DNA of 64,000 bases, taken from the IMG/VR virus record IMGVR_UViG_3300022744_000020, positions 186,001 to 250,000 of that record. One strand, written 5' to 3'. A program made the translations under genes and the position numbers. Each line of letters opens with the position of its first letter. The first letter of the stretch is position 1. Shown here piece by piece: positions 8,817 to 18,720 of this stretch. Under the pieces are notes generated by a model that did not search any database, was not told where the DNA came from, and saw only the letters and a program-made list of their open reading frames with translations.

Positions 8817-9707
8817 ATGTCTAAAAAGCAACTTCCTCAGCCCGAACAAAATTTCTTTCTGACGAAAGAGTTTGTTTTGGATACGTTCCCGAAGCAGACG
8901 CATCTTCGACTCAATGCCGTCACAGCCATGCTTGACTCGTGGTCGGCATTGATCTGGCCGCACATCCAAACCGCTTCCCCAACCCCAGAGTTGAACTCGC
9001 TGAAAGATCAGCTTCAACGTGCGAAGCTGAAGATCCAGCAGGCTGACAAAATGCGGCCACAAGATCACTTTGAGGGGCGCGGGACCATCGGCGTCGAAGT
9101 CAGCATGCATCTGAGAATGACGACGATAGCGCAGCCGCACTCCATTCAGAATGAACGGCTGAATTATGAGTTTCGTCAGCTTTTCGTCTATCCTATCGAA
9201 GAGTTCAGTGCGGAGGAACTGGACAAAATTGGGCAGGATCTGCTTCTGCTCTGCAAGCGAGTGCACTCGGTCTCAGTTAATCACAATCCGGGAGAACAGG
9301 CAGACGACATTGGTATCGTCGCGGAAGATCGAATCTTCAATTCCAAGACCCCGCTGCTTTATCTTCGCGGTACCTCACGCCAACACGATCTGGAGGGGGT
9401 GCAGACCAACACCGAACCCGCCACCTATGCAATGTATTCCAGTGCAGCCGGGCATTTCAAGATCGTCATCAATCACCCGATCGAAGGACCGATCGACGTC
9501 AATGGCGCTTTCTTTCTCGAAGGAATGCTTCTGGGGATTGTTTTCGGTCTCTGGTTGATGTATAGTGATTTCAAACGCGTCACTGAAGATGAGTCGTTCC
9601 TGCTGAGCGATTACCAGTCATTTGAAAACAAATGGAAAAATGACTTCCTAGAAGGAACTAAGTCCAAGGCAGTGATAGATTGCCTGGATGATGCGCACGA
9701 AGAATAA
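8817..9707 (+). CDS. Hypothetical protein
   Basis: Long ORF; GGAG before MSKKQ. Confidence 0.8.
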   Translation: MSKKQLPQPEQNFFLTKEFVLDTFPKQTHLRLNAVTAMLDSWSALIWPHIQTASPTPELNSLKDQLQRAKLKIQQADKMRPQDHFEGRGTIGVEVSMHLRMTTIAQPHSIQNERLNYEFRQLFVYPIEEFSAEELDKIGQDLLLLCKRVHSVSVNHNPGEQADDIGIVAEDRIFNSKTPLLYLRGTSRQHDLEGVQTNTEPATYAMYSSAAGHFKIVINHPIEGPIDVNGAFFLEGMLLGIVFGLWLMYSDFKRVTEDESFLLSDYQSFENKWKNDFLEGTKSKAVIDCLDDAHEE

Positions 9708-9734
9708 CTCACTCACCTGAAACCTGGAAGAAAA

Positions 9735-10988
9735 ATGGAAAATTGCCTGAACCGAATCGTCGTTGCTTACGATCGCCGTGATTACGACGCCGCCCTTGCA
9801 GCGGCCCTGAAAATCTTCAACCTGCAGTCGGTGGGATATTCTCCCATCGTTCGCCCGATTGAGCCCAAACACCCGAATGAGAGCTTTTCTCAGTTCTACG
9901 GGTGTCAAACAGCGTACTTCCTCGGTTTCATGCCTGGACTGGCTGAGCTGATCGGGTTTCATGATGCTGGGTCCAGCGTCGTTGTCCATTACAACTTGCC
10001 GGATTCGGCTGAAATCCTTCGAGAACTCCCAGGAGCGCTGGGGACTCGCGTGGGGGATTGCCTCCTGCAGAAAACCCCCTTCCCTACGCAAGTGGCCATT
10101 TTGGCTCCGGTCACTCGGATTCTCATCACTGCGACTGAGAAGGAAAGCCTCACAACTCAAGTCTTGAAAGGACATCACGATGTTGCGTGGGATCGAATTC
10201 AGGCGCTTCCCGGCCTTGCTCATTGCCAGGAAGTTCTGACGGAGATCGAGGCGGGTCGGACCAAAATCACTTCCATGTACGATGACACCTTCGACCTCCT
10301 CAACCGTTGCCAAGATCCGGCAATGGCTTTTCTTCAACTTCTGACCCAGGGAGATCGGAAGGTACATGCGTCGAGAGAGGGGGAGCTTTCGGTCGGGATC
10401 CCGAATCTGCTGGAATACCCACTCCCTCGATTTCTGTTCACCCCTCCGAATTCGGGTCGCTGCATGGAAGCTACGATGGTTCGGGCCCCCGCCCATCTGG
10501 TTCGTTGTTACCTGAGAGTTCTTCGGGATATCAACCCGCTGGACTGGATCATCACGTATCAAGATGGTCCGGCGTTCAACTTCCAGTTTATGCCGCCGGA
10601 AAACGCCACCCCCGAGTACATCGAGGAGTTCGTCAAGACCCTTGGGGCACAATACAAGAACGGTTTCGGAACATTCAGTTGGGGAAGTATTTCTCACCTG
10701 AAGAAAATAGGCTACTTGGTGGATTTGCCCTCTGATGGCCAAGCTCCGAGGATGTGCCCGCTCTACGGCATCAATGACGGAACTGGAGCAATACCCAGCG
10801 CCTCGGGCCCTTTCCGGTCTTCGTATGAGATGCAGAGCCTGTTCGAACCCTGGGTCAGCGCGTGTCACAGTGAAGCACTGGCTGCAAAGCACATCCTGGA
10901 GAAAGCCAATCCAGAGAAAAAATATACCATATGTCAGCTTTCTCCGAGTGTTGATCAGACAAGCGCTGCGCGACTCTCGACTGTGTGA
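9735..10988 (+). CDS. Hypothetical protein
   Basis: 417-aa ORF in operon context. Confidence 0.8.
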   Translation: MENCLNRIVVAYDRRDYDAALAAALKIFNLQSVGYSPIVRPIEPKHPNESFSQFYGCQTAYFLGFMPGLAELIGFHDAGSSVVVHYNLPDSAEILRELPGALGTRVGDCLLQKTPFPTQVAILAPVTRILITATEKESLTTQVLKGHHDVAWDRIQALPGLAHCQEVLTEIEAGRTKITSMYDDTFDLLNRCQDPAMAFLQLLTQGDRKVHASREGELSVGIPNLLEYPLPRFLFTPPNSGRCMEATMVRAPAHLVRCYLRVLRDINPLDWIITYQDGPAFNFQFMPPENATPEYIEEFVKTLGAQYKNGFGTFSWGSISHLKKIGYLVDLPSDGQAPRMCPLYGINDGTGAIPSASGPFRSSYEMQSLFEPWVSACHSEALAAKHILEKANPEKKYTICQLSPSVDQTSAARLSTV

Positions 10989-11030
10989 GTCTAGGTTCTG
11001 ACAAATAGTATGCGATAGAAGAAGCATAAA

Positions 11031-11066
11031 AAAATGAAGCCGCTGGTCAAAGGCGGCTTCATTTTT
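11031..11066. terminator. Terminator hairpin
   Basis: AAAATGAAGCCGC...GCGGCTTCATTTT with A and T flanks. Confidence 0.75.
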
Positions 11067-11154
11067 GCAGCTCACGTCGTGGGGGATATTACCCAGAGCA
11101 ATAAGTGATCGCAAAGATCCGGGCTCTTTCTTTTTTGTCTATTCAGGACCTGAT

Positions 11155-12897
11155 ATGTTGAAATTAAAGTATCTGCTCTTAGGACTGGTCTTTGCGACAT
11201 TGTCCGCTTGCGGTGGTGGGGATGTGGAAGAAGCTCCCGTCAGCGCTCCACCAAGTGAATTTGTGGGTCCAGTGAGTCCCACACCGCCAGTCGTGGTGCC
11301 AGTTGATCCCACGCCGGTCAATCCAACTCCGACTCCAACGCCTATCACACCCGCCCCAGTCACCCCTACTCCCACACCAGTGATCACACCACCGGTAGTG
11401 GTTCCGGAACCCGTCCCCGTTGTGACCCCTCCTCCGGTCATTCCAGCGAACACCAAATGTTTGCCTGGGGTTGGATCCGACTATGTTGTCGGTGCTGGCC
11501 AACCTTATGGCTCCGCAGACTTGGTTCCGTGGGAAAGCTTGAAGGCCGGTGACAGCGTTCGCTTCACCTATTCAAGCTCACCATACAAAGCCAAATTCAT
11601 CGTGACTGGATTTGGTACTTCGGCTGCACCCATCACAATTTGCGGCATTCCTGGGCCGAATGGTGAAAGACCCATCATCGAAGGCGCGGGTGCTGTGACT
11701 CGCGCTAATCTGAACACGACCTACGGAAACTCGGAAGAGACCTTTGTTGCTCGAAGCGAACGCTCGATCATCGAAATCACGAAACCCAGCTATGGAACGT
11801 GGGATTCGTTCCCGAGCTATGTGGTGATCAAAGGTCTGAACATCCGTAATTTCAATAAGGGGGATACCTTCACCGATGCACGTGGTGCGTCACGGGTAGC
11901 TGCTCAGTTCAGTGCCTGTGTTTGGGTAGACCGTGGTCAAAATTTGGAATTCTCCGACAACGAGGTTTCGAATTGCTCGATGGCGATGTTCACGAAGTCC
12001 ACGAACGACGGGACCTTTGCGATCACCACGAATCTGAAAATCGCAGGAAACCACATGTGGGGACACGGTGTCGTCGGTTCAGACCGCGAACACACGATCT
12101 ATACCTCTGGATCGAACATTCTCTACGAGTTCAACCATTTCGGCCCTCTGAAATCCGGTGCCTTGGGTAACGCGATCAAAGATCGTTCGGCTGGTTTGAT
12201 GGTGCGATACAACTACATCGAAGAAGGAGCACACTCAATCGACATGGTGGAAGCGGAAGACTGGCCGGACATTGCCACGAAGCTGACTTCTTATCGCAGC
12301 ACTTATGTCTATGGCAACGTGATGAAGAAGACAGGGGACTCGGGGCCTTTCTTCCATTACGGCGGTGATCACTTCGGTGCCCCCGCAGGTGCAAACTGGG
12401 GAGAAACATTGTTCCGTCGAGGCACCCTGTACTTCTGGAACAACACAGTGATTGCCACTGGCGTAGAGGCTCGACTGTTCAAGCTTTCTACCACCCTGGA
12501 GACAGCTCAGATTTGGAACAATGTGTTCTACGGAACCGTCCCGACTGGGGCTTTCTTCCTTCGGCAAAATGAGAGCGACAATGTCTCGGCAAGTTATACT
12601 CGCGCTGGCAATCTGGTGTTTGGTGTTAACTGGGTTCGCGCGGACTATGCTGACAGCGACATCTATCACCCGATCCCAGGAACGATCAGTGGGATGAGTA
12701 ACTTCATCACTGGGACGCTCTCCCCGATTGAGTTGTCTACTTATCGCCCGGTTGCTGGGTCGTCCGTGATCGACAAAGCCCAAGCTAATCTGTCCGGCGT
12801 CAGCGGCATCTCGGTGAACTATCAATTCGTTGGTGGGCAGCCACAGAGTCGGACCACGACGGGTGCTGGTGTGGATCTTGGAGCTATTGAGTATTGA
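11155..12897 (+). CDS. Lipoprotein with Pro/Thr/Val linker and right-handed beta-helix (pectin-lyase-like) domain
   Basis: MLKLKYLLLGLVFATLSA-C lipobox; PVTPTPTP linker; repeated FSDNEV/IAGNHM/YEFNHF/VRYNYI/VYGNVM/FWNNTV/IWNNVF coils. Confidence 0.8.
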   Translation: MLKLKYLLLGLVFATLSACGGGDVEEAPVSAPPSEFVGPVSPTPPVVVPVDPTPVNPTPTPTPITPAPVTPTPTPVITPPVVVPEPVPVVTPPPVIPANTKCLPGVGSDYVVGAGQPYGSADLVPWESLKAGDSVRFTYSSSPYKAKFIVTGFGTSAAPITICGIPGPNGERPIIEGAGAVTRANLNTTYGNSEETFVARSERSIIEITKPSYGTWDSFPSYVVIKGLNIRNFNKGDTFTDARGASRVAAQFSACVWVDRGQNLEFSDNEVSNCSMAMFTKSTNDGTFAITTNLKIAGNHMWGHGVVGSDREHTIYTSGSNILYEFNHFGPLKSGALGNAIKDRSAGLMVRYNYIEEGAHSIDMVEAEDWPDIATKLTSYRSTYVYGNVMKKTGDSGPFFHYGGDHFGAPAGANWGETLFRRGTLYFWNNTVIATGVEARLFKLSTTLETAQIWNNVFYGTVPTGAFFLRQNESDNVSASYTRAGNLVFGVNWVRADYADSDIYHPIPGTISGMSNFITGTLSPIELSTYRPVAGSSVIDKAQANLSGVSGISVNYQFVGGQPQSRTTTGAGVDLGAIEY

Positions 12898-12911
12898 ACT
12901 CAAAATAGTGC

Positions 12912-12945
12912 AAAGGACAGGGCTTTCGGGCCCTGTCCTTTTTTT
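12912..12945 (+). terminator. Rho-independent terminator
   Basis: AAAGGACAGGGCT-TTCG-GGCCCTGTCCTTT plus T run. Confidence 0.9.
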
Positions 12946-12989
12946 ATGCCTTAGCGGTTTAGTATGTAAAAACCAACCGAGTAATTCCC

Positions 12990-14054
12990 ATGACCGAATT
13001 CAAGTATCTCAATCGCAAAACTGCTGAACTTCTTTTTGGAACTGACTTTCTAATACCTGGTCAGACCAACTCCGAACTCCATCGTGGGATTATAGCCACC
13101 AGGCAATCTCTTCAAATGCTGTCGGTTCAATTAGGGCAGCACTTCCCGATGCTCGGCACGATCTCTTTGTCGGACGCAAACATGTCCATCTTCCCAGAGG
13201 TTTCCGAGCAAGAGCAAATCAAGAACTTTCTCAAAGGAAAGAACGGGTACGGTGATGAAATTCGTCGTTTCATTGCTCGAATGGTTTGCTTCAGTGGACC
13301 TGTGTCGGAACGAATTGTGGATGACCGGATCATTTACCATCTGGGAACTCATCCGGAACTGACGGTTCTGAATAAAGAGTTTCTTTTGGCGTACCCCAAT
13401 AACCTGCCCCTATTGAGGATAAAGAATCCCAAGGATCTGAATGTCGCTTTCTTCCGATGGTTTCGTCAGCGTGCTCACAGTTTGAAAGTTCCTGTTTTCA
13501 AATCCGTTCGTTACCCGTTGGTGTCGATGGAGTTTGAACCCAATGGCGTTGGACACGCTATTCAGCACGAGCTAGAAGGTGTATTCACGTATGAAAACGA
13601 ATCGAGTATTCCGGACGATTTACTAGATGAAATAACCACCCACATTAGTAACCACGTTGGTCTGGGTCCGGATCTTGAACTTACGATGGAGGCCGTTCAG
13701 AGCACGCTGATTCAAATCTTGAACGAAGGAGTGAAATCTAAAGAATCACTGTATCTCTACGGTCAGGACCATCGCACTGAATCAAATCGCAGTCTGATTA
13801 TCAGTAAATTGAAAGAAGGTACGGTAATAGAAATACTTCTTAGCTATTACGACTATAACGGCCGAGAGGTTGGGTACAGACACGTCTGCGAAATTGGGGA
13901 GGAGTTGACGGAAGAAAAGAAAACGGAGGCTCTAAGCTGGATCAAAGATTGCTTTGAAAAGATCAAATCCCCCACCGATCAGTGGTTTGTCGCGGATGTC
14001 CTGATGAGGCGATACAAAGAACTGACCAAAGAAATCAAGTCCCAGCAGGAGTGA
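12990..14054 (+). CDS. Hypothetical protein
   Basis: 354-aa ORF. Confidence 0.8.
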   Translation: MTEFKYLNRKTAELLFGTDFLIPGQTNSELHRGIIATRQSLQMLSVQLGQHFPMLGTISLSDANMSIFPEVSEQEQIKNFLKGKNGYGDEIRRFIARMVCFSGPVSERIVDDRIIYHLGTHPELTVLNKEFLLAYPNNLPLLRIKNPKDLNVAFFRWFRQRAHSLKVPVFKSVRYPLVSMEFEPNGVGHAIQHELEGVFTYENESSIPDDLLDEITTHISNHVGLGPDLELTMEAVQSTLIQILNEGVKSKESLYLYGQDHRTESNRSLIISKLKEGTVIEILLSYYDYNGREVGYRHVCEIGEELTEEKKTEALSWIKDCFEKIKSPTDQWFVADVLMRRYKELTKEIKSQQE

Positions 14055-14067
14055 TTCCATCTTTTTT

Positions 14068-14094
14068 CAGTCACATATAACCTATGTGAATCGA
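14068..14094 (+). promoter_or_regulatory. Phage promoter-like motif
   Basis: CAGTCACATATAACCTATGTGAATCGA, near-identical copy at 38763; contains the TCACAT/ATGTGA inverted repeat. Confidence 0.65.
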
Positions 14095-14116
14095 AGCAAT
14101 CCTTGCTTCAGCCCAC

Positions 14117-14130
14117 TCCCGAGAAAGGGA
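14117..14130 (+). promoter_or_regulatory. RBS hairpin TCCC-GAGAAA-GGGA
   Basis: Covarying copy; ATG at 14138. Confidence 0.65.
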
Positions 14131-14137
14131 ATTAATC

Positions 14138-14443
14138 ATGGCAATGATGCGAATCACTTTTGGAAGACTGATGTTTTCCGTTCACGAAAAAGAGGCTGAA
14201 AAGTTAAATAAGGAGTTTATAGCGGCTGGTGGTGATCGCGCCGCCCTGGCAATACTCGTGAACAACGGCTGGAAGTTTCGTGTCATTCCAGCCCGACCAA
14301 ACCCTGGGGAGTTGGACCTCCCGCATGACTGGAAAGATATAGTCGAGGTAATTTCTCAGCCTCGCTTATCTTTGTGGGAAAGGTGCGTCCGACCCGAACC
14401 GATCCCCTTCCCCTCGTTTTCTGAATTTTCTCAGTTCTCCTGA
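14138..14443 (+). CDS. Hypothetical protein
   Basis: First gene after the promoter motif. Confidence 0.75.
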   Translation: MAMMRITFGRLMFSVHEKEAEKLNKEFIAAGGDRAALAILVNNGWKFRVIPARPNPGELDLPHDWKDIVEVISQPRLSLWERCVRPEPIPFPSFSEFSQFS

Positions 14444-14451
14444 TAAAAGGA
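14438..14451 (+). promoter_or_regulatory. RBS hairpin TCCT-GATAAA-AGGA
   Basis: Variant copy overlapping the upstream stop; ATG at 14460. Confidence 0.55.
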
Positions 14452-14459
14452 CCTTTCTC

Positions 14460-15029
14460 ATGAACGCCCTGAATATTCTTTCTCTCTCCTCGGTGACGCC
14501 TGCTGAACTCGATCAATGCATGCTCGAGAACCTTGGCGTCGTTGACAAAATCACCCTCGCGGACGGTACCTGCCTGAAATACTGGAACGAGTTCATTCCC
14601 AACCTCCTGCCCGGTGGTTGGTCCGTCCGTTGGGTTAATGTGAAGCCGACTTCGGCAGACCTGGTGCTTGTCCCAAACACCGGTCGTGCTCGTCACGTTC
14701 GGAAACAAGGGTTTGTCCAGCACTGGATGAAGAAGGGTCTTGACGCCGTCGAGGCTGAAGCACTCTACGAATGCCGCACGCAATACAAAATCGAGGTGGC
14801 CGACAAAGCCATTGAGATTTGGATCGCTCCTGAAAATGAGAAGCTCTATAATGCCTACCACGCACTATGCGACCATCCGGGATCGTACGGCTCTGGCTCC
14901 GGTCGCTCCGGCTGGCGCATGAAGAATCTCGATTCGCTCAAGGGAGCGGATCTACACGAGTGGTCCGCACAGCGAGAACTGGCATTGGTGATTTGCATTC
15001 GGGCACTTCAAGAAGCCAATGCCAACTGA
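14460..15029 (+). CDS. Hypothetical protein
   Basis: ORF in operon. Confidence 0.75.
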   Translation: MNALNILSLSSVTPAELDQCMLENLGVVDKITLADGTCLKYWNEFIPNLLPGGWSVRWVNVKPTSADLVLVPNTGRARHVRKQGFVQHWMKKGLDAVEAEALYECRTQYKIEVADKAIEIWIAPENEKLYNAYHALCDHPGSYGSGSGRSGWRMKNLDSLKGADLHEWSAQRELALVICIRALQEANAN

Positions 15030-15423
15030 GGGAAATCAAATGACGTTCGCAATCTTCAACCATCAAATTCTTCAGGCTCTTCCAGGAGTGCTGGAGGAAC
15101 TGGGGCTGATCCCTGGGCAAGTGGTATCGGCCGAGGAGGTGAAAATGATCACGGCCTCCAATCTGATGAAAATGTTGGAGGTCATGTCGGCTCCCAAGAT
15201 CCGATCGGAATACTTGTCCCGAAGACTCCCGACTGTGCCTCCCCAGGAAGCCGGAGGAAATTATGGGTACTCAAGCCGCGAGGAATTTCTGACCGCGGTG
15301 AAAGCGGCCACCTTTAGGAGAGAACAGACCGGACAAATCCCCGCACCCGCGTCCGATCTGATTGGATACCGTTTTCCGCTTGAGTTCTTCGCAGGTAAAG
15401 GGATCTGTCAGGATCTCAACTGA
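15019..15423 (+). CDS. Hypothetical protein
   Basis: ORF in operon; start may be 15040. Confidence 0.7.
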   Translation: MPTEGNQMTFAIFNHQILQALPGVLEELGLIPGQVVSAEEVKMITASNLMKMLEVMSAPKIRSEYLSRRLPTVPPQEAGGNYGYSSREEFLTAVKAATFRREQTGQIPAPASDLIGYRFPLEFFAGKGICQDLN

Positions 15424-15424
15424 A

Positions 15425-15467
15425 ACACAGCCCCGGATTTCTCCGGGGCTGTGTAACTTTATTTTTT
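15425..15467 (+). terminator. Terminator
   Basis: ACACAGCCCCGGA-TTTC-TCCGGGGCTGTGT followed by T-rich sequence. Confidence 0.8.
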
Positions 15468-15499
15468 GTCCTCTTACTCTGAACTCAAAGGAGCCCAAA

Positions 15500-15808
15500 A
15501 TGACCAATCAAGTTACCGGAACTTTTTATTTAAGAGAAGCCGGCTCGGATAACTTTCAATCTCAAATCGAGATGGGTAACCAGGAGAAAATAATTATGGT
15601 TATTGGAGTTTTGAAAGTCCCGGTTTCCTTTATTGCCGATGAACAATCCGTCCCAATTTCGGGAGTCGTAAAGGCAAATGGTGAGGTAGTTCTCAAAATG
15701 CACATGACGATGCGAGAGGACTATAGAGACAAAATAGGACTCAGAGGTTACTATTATTCCGGCCTCAAAATGGGTAGTTTGTTACTTGAACCGATATGGA
15801 AGGTTTAA
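15500..15808 (+). CDS. Hypothetical protein
   Basis: AAGGAG RBS before MTNQVTG. Confidence 0.7.
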   Translation: MTNQVTGTFYLREAGSDNFQSQIEMGNQEKIIMVIGVLKVPVSFIADEQSVPISGVVKANGEVVLKMHMTMREDYRDKIGLRGYYYSGLKMGSLLLEPIWKV

Positions 15809-16606
15809 ATGTTTACCTACGCTCGCTTTTCAAGCAAGGAAAAACCCGGCTATGAAGTGTCTAGTGCCGGGGATAATCGATTCTCAGCACTGAACGCTGT
15901 TCTAGAAGACGGCAGAAGCATTGAGATGCATTATCAACTAGACGTTAAAGGATATTCCCCTGGAGGGACGGATTGGAAACTAGGTAAAGGTAAACCGGGA
16001 CTTAATCCTCAGACGGACCTATGGTCCGAATACCTGAAACTCTGGTGGCGGTGGTGCAAACTTAATCCAAAAATGCTGGAGTTTCTTAGAGAGGTAGTAG
16101 AGAAAGAAAACAGCGGTCTTCTAACTGATAAGTTTGCCAGTACAGACATCAGCCAAGCTCGGGCACTTGCCGAGATATTGAACACGCCAATATCTAAATT
16201 GATAGTCGTACCCACAAGCTTTAATGAAAAGATACCAAGTAAGATAGAGCGGTATCTATCTCAAAATCATCCGAGCATTTTGGAACAGTATTTGACTCAC
16301 ATGGGGTTAAGCCGAGCTCAAAGCAACGACTGGTCCACCGATCAAACCCGAATGACGTGGACGTGGATCTGGTCAAGTCGTTCCGTGGAAGAGCTGTTAT
16401 TATTTTGGCCGTGCTTGCAAGTAGACTTCTTAGAGAAAGTTTGGAAGTTCAGAATCAACGAACTACTTCTTGAGAAACTGAAGTGGTATCCGGACATTCC
16501 TATCGTAATTCTTTCGCCATCGCCAGGCAAAACAATAGGACCCATTAGACAAATTTACCCGTACCTTCAAGAAAACAATAGAACATCGCAGTACCAATTT
16601 GTGTAA
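15809..16606 (+). CDS. NADAR-like domain protein with C-terminal extension
   Basis: RFSALNAVLEDGRSIEMHYQLDVK resembles NADAR S..F...SVEHYYQA.K; later NPKMLEFL and QARALAEIL. Confidence 0.45.
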   Translation: MFTYARFSSKEKPGYEVSSAGDNRFSALNAVLEDGRSIEMHYQLDVKGYSPGGTDWKLGKGKPGLNPQTDLWSEYLKLWWRWCKLNPKMLEFLREVVEKENSGLLTDKFASTDISQARALAEILNTPISKLIVVPTSFNEKIPSKIERYLSQNHPSILEQYLTHMGLSRAQSNDWSTDQTRMTWTWIWSSRSVEELLLFWPCLQVDFLEKVWKFRINELLLEKLKWYPDIPIVILSPSPGKTIGPIRQIYPYLQENNRTSQYQFV

Positions 16607-16614
16607 AAAGAAGA

Positions 16615-16654
16615 ACATATATCATTCAACTGAACCAACCCAGACGAAAAAGGA
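16615..16654 (+). promoter_or_regulatory. Promoter-like motif plus ACCCAGACGAAAAAGGA leader
   Basis: ACATATATCATT at 16615; leader 17-mer also at 642 and 35820. Confidence 0.6.
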
Positions 16655-16660
16655 ATTCCC

Positions 16661-17059
16661 ATGTCATACCCTCTCAGCCTTGCCCAATACACGCGCAAAG
16701 CCAGCAGCCGATTAATCGAGTACATGCTTGCGCATCTGAGCCCGCGAACCTTTGGCCCGACAAATGCCAAGCTGTTCGATAACGACGCGATCGTCGTTAT
16801 CGAATCGTCAATCGTTTCCAACAACCTCGGCCGTGTGGTGAAGATTCACAGCCCGGTACTTTGTTTAGTAGCCAACGACAAAGACAACAAAGCGGCCTAC
16901 TTCGCCCCAGGCGAGATCTATGTTGTTTTGGGAGCTGTAGCCCAAACCGATGGCCGTGAAGACTCCCAGCATTTTGGAACAGTTAGTTTGGCACTCGGCC
17001 AAAACCTAAGGCTCGCCACCCCCAATGAAATCAACACCTACAAATCCCAACAGGAGTAA
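16661..17059 (+). CDS. Hypothetical protein
   Basis: ORF after the promoter motif. Confidence 0.75.
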   Translation: MSYPLSLAQYTRKASSRLIEYMLAHLSPRTFGPTNAKLFDNDAIVVIESSIVSNNLGRVVKIHSPVLCLVANDKDNKAAYFAPGEIYVVLGAVAQTDGREDSQHFGTVSLALGQNLRLATPNEINTYKSQQE

Positions 17060-17064
17060 ACCCA

Positions 17065-17760
17065 ATGACAAATGCTAAGTATTATAACCTACAAGACTGC
17101 GCCATCGAGATCCCACACCGTGAGTTTCTGAAGTGCTCAACGCTCGACGTTCGACTGAAGTTCGGTCCTGATGTCGATGGACTCCCCAAAAACGGGGAAG
17201 AGATAACAGTTGGATCCGAGGAAAACCGAGAAACGTTCACGATCACGCACCCGGTGCTCGCTATCCGTTCGATCGAAACCCAGGAAATCATCTACTTCCC
17301 TCCCTTCGCGCTTTATCTGGCAAAATCCGTTACGGGTGAAGACGTCTTGCTCAAAGCGCCAGATATTCAGCGACTAACAGACGAAGAAAAACAGAGCCGT
17401 CTGATCGAAGCCGAACGACAAGAACGGATGGACCAGTATTTGAAAACCACGGATACTGCGGGTACCTCGAGCACTCTGGAAAGCCTCATTGATTCGACGA
17501 TACAAGATTGTCGACAACACGGCTCTAAAATGCTGGAAGAGGCTTCAATGGCCTTGATGCGCTTACGATTGGATCACTTGCCTCTGACCAAATGGCATTA
17601 CGATCTAGTCATAGAACGTGGGGTTGTGATTCTGGACAACCGTTTCCCGGATGATTTCGGAGTCCCTTTCTTCGAATATCAAGAAGCTCTCGGTCATTGT
17701 CCTGGATGGAAATACGATCTAGATCTGCTGGAGCGTCGTCGTCACTACTTTTACGGATAA
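17065..17760 (+). CDS. Hypothetical protein
   Basis: ORF in operon. Confidence 0.75.
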   Translation: MTNAKYYNLQDCAIEIPHREFLKCSTLDVRLKFGPDVDGLPKNGEEITVGSEENRETFTITHPVLAIRSIETQEIIYFPPFALYLAKSVTGEDVLLKAPDIQRLTDEEKQSRLIEAERQERMDQYLKTTDTAGTSSTLESLIDSTIQDCRQHGSKMLEEASMALMRLRLDHLPLTKWHYDLVIERGVVILDNRFPDDFGVPFFEYQEALGHCPGWKYDLDLLERRRHYFYG

Positions 17761-17767
17761 ACCACGC

Positions 17768-18394
17768 ATGAACGCAATCAAGCACGATTACCGGGATCTG
17801 ATCCCGACAGGTAACCGAATCGATACAATCATTAACAACTCGATGAAGTGCAGGCATCACACCCCTCACGAACTTCATCGCCTGATCGCCCATCCGGAAT
17901 CCGCCGAAGATCCGGGAAAGAAAATTCTCACTCGAAGCGCGTACACGGCTCAAGGAATCGTGCTTCGAGAGGATGCTCGTCAGGCGGCGGAAAAAAGCCT
18001 CAGAAAAACATCCTTAACCTTCCCGATTTGTGAAGCGGATTACGACCATGTCTGCCTGAGGATTATTTTGCTGATTCCTCAAGCCGGTGGATTCTTAGTG
18101 GGTGGTCGTTTCGATCATTACCGTCACAAAACGATTAAGGGACACAGCCTTAATCTTCTCACTTCTACACGAGAAGAGAACGCGGGCATTGACCTCCCGC
18201 GATGGTGGGATGGGGAAGCCTATAACAATCCTGGGAAAACGATCTACGACGAGGGCGTGAATCGGTCCGCAGTCAAAGCGATGAAGGAAGCTTCACGGGT
18301 TATTTCCACGGGGTATCCCTTTACTTGTGTTTTGTATTATTTTGAGTTACCTGAAACTCAAGAAACGGAGAATAGAGATGAGAGAGCCTCTTAA
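17768..18394 (+). CDS. Hypothetical protein
   Basis: ORF in operon. Confidence 0.7.
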   Translation: MNAIKHDYRDLIPTGNRIDTIINNSMKCRHHTPHELHRLIAHPESAEDPGKKILTRSAYTAQGIVLREDARQAAEKSLRKTSLTFPICEADYDHVCLRIILLIPQAGGFLVGGRFDHYRHKTIKGHSLNLLTSTREENAGIDLPRWWDGEAYNNPGKTIYDEGVNRSAVKAMKEASRVISTGYPFTCVLYYFELPETQETENRDERAS

Positions 18395-18668
18395 AGTCGG
18401 CGATCAAGCCAGGGTCGTTTGGGGGAAGTTCGGTGAACAATCACCCAACCGGGGCAAGATCGTCAAGGTCGAAGAAATGCGGGAAGATCACCCTGTCTTC
18501 GGTCGGATGTGGCGCTGTGGCGGAGAAGACCTGAAGTTCCACAACGAATTCAAGGTGTTGATTTCTGCGCCCTTTGCCATTTTCCCGGCAATCTGGCTGG
18601 AAAAGATCTACCCTCCGGAGCAGTCGGACACCACCACGAAGGTGGTCGAGAAAGAACTGACTGAATAA
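18378..18668 (+). CDS. Small SH3-like hypothetical protein
   Basis: LKVGDQARVV...GKIVKV...WLEKI pattern. Confidence 0.6.
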   Translation: MREPLKVGDQARVVWGKFGEQSPNRGKIVKVEEMREDHPVFGRMWRCGGEDLKFHNEFKVLISAPFAIFPAIWLEKIYPPEQSDTTTKVVEKELTE

Positions 18669-18674
18669 GTCATG

Positions 18675-18716
18675 AGACCCACCCACTCTGCCATAATAGG
18701 CAGAGTGGGTGGGTCT
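18675..18716. terminator. Bidirectional terminator between convergent genes
   Basis: 18-bp perfect stem AGACCCACCCACTCTGCC-ATAATA-GGCAGAGTGGGTGGGTCT. Confidence 0.85.
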
Positions 18717-18720
18717 GACT

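Noticed and set aside
9648-11114. 488-aa minus-strand ORF, and similar long antisense ORFs (944-1783, 26975-28066, 35066-35995, 41339-42349, 46462-47382)
   Set aside because: Each lies fully opposite a better-supported + strand gene, has no RBS or recognisable motif, and is typical of antisense shadows at this GC content
11270-11450. Repetitive CC(A/G/T)-rich tract that could suggest a repeat array or CRISPR
   Set aside because: It is the in-frame Pro/Thr/Val linker of the lipoprotein. No fixed-length repeat-spacer array was seen anywhere in the window
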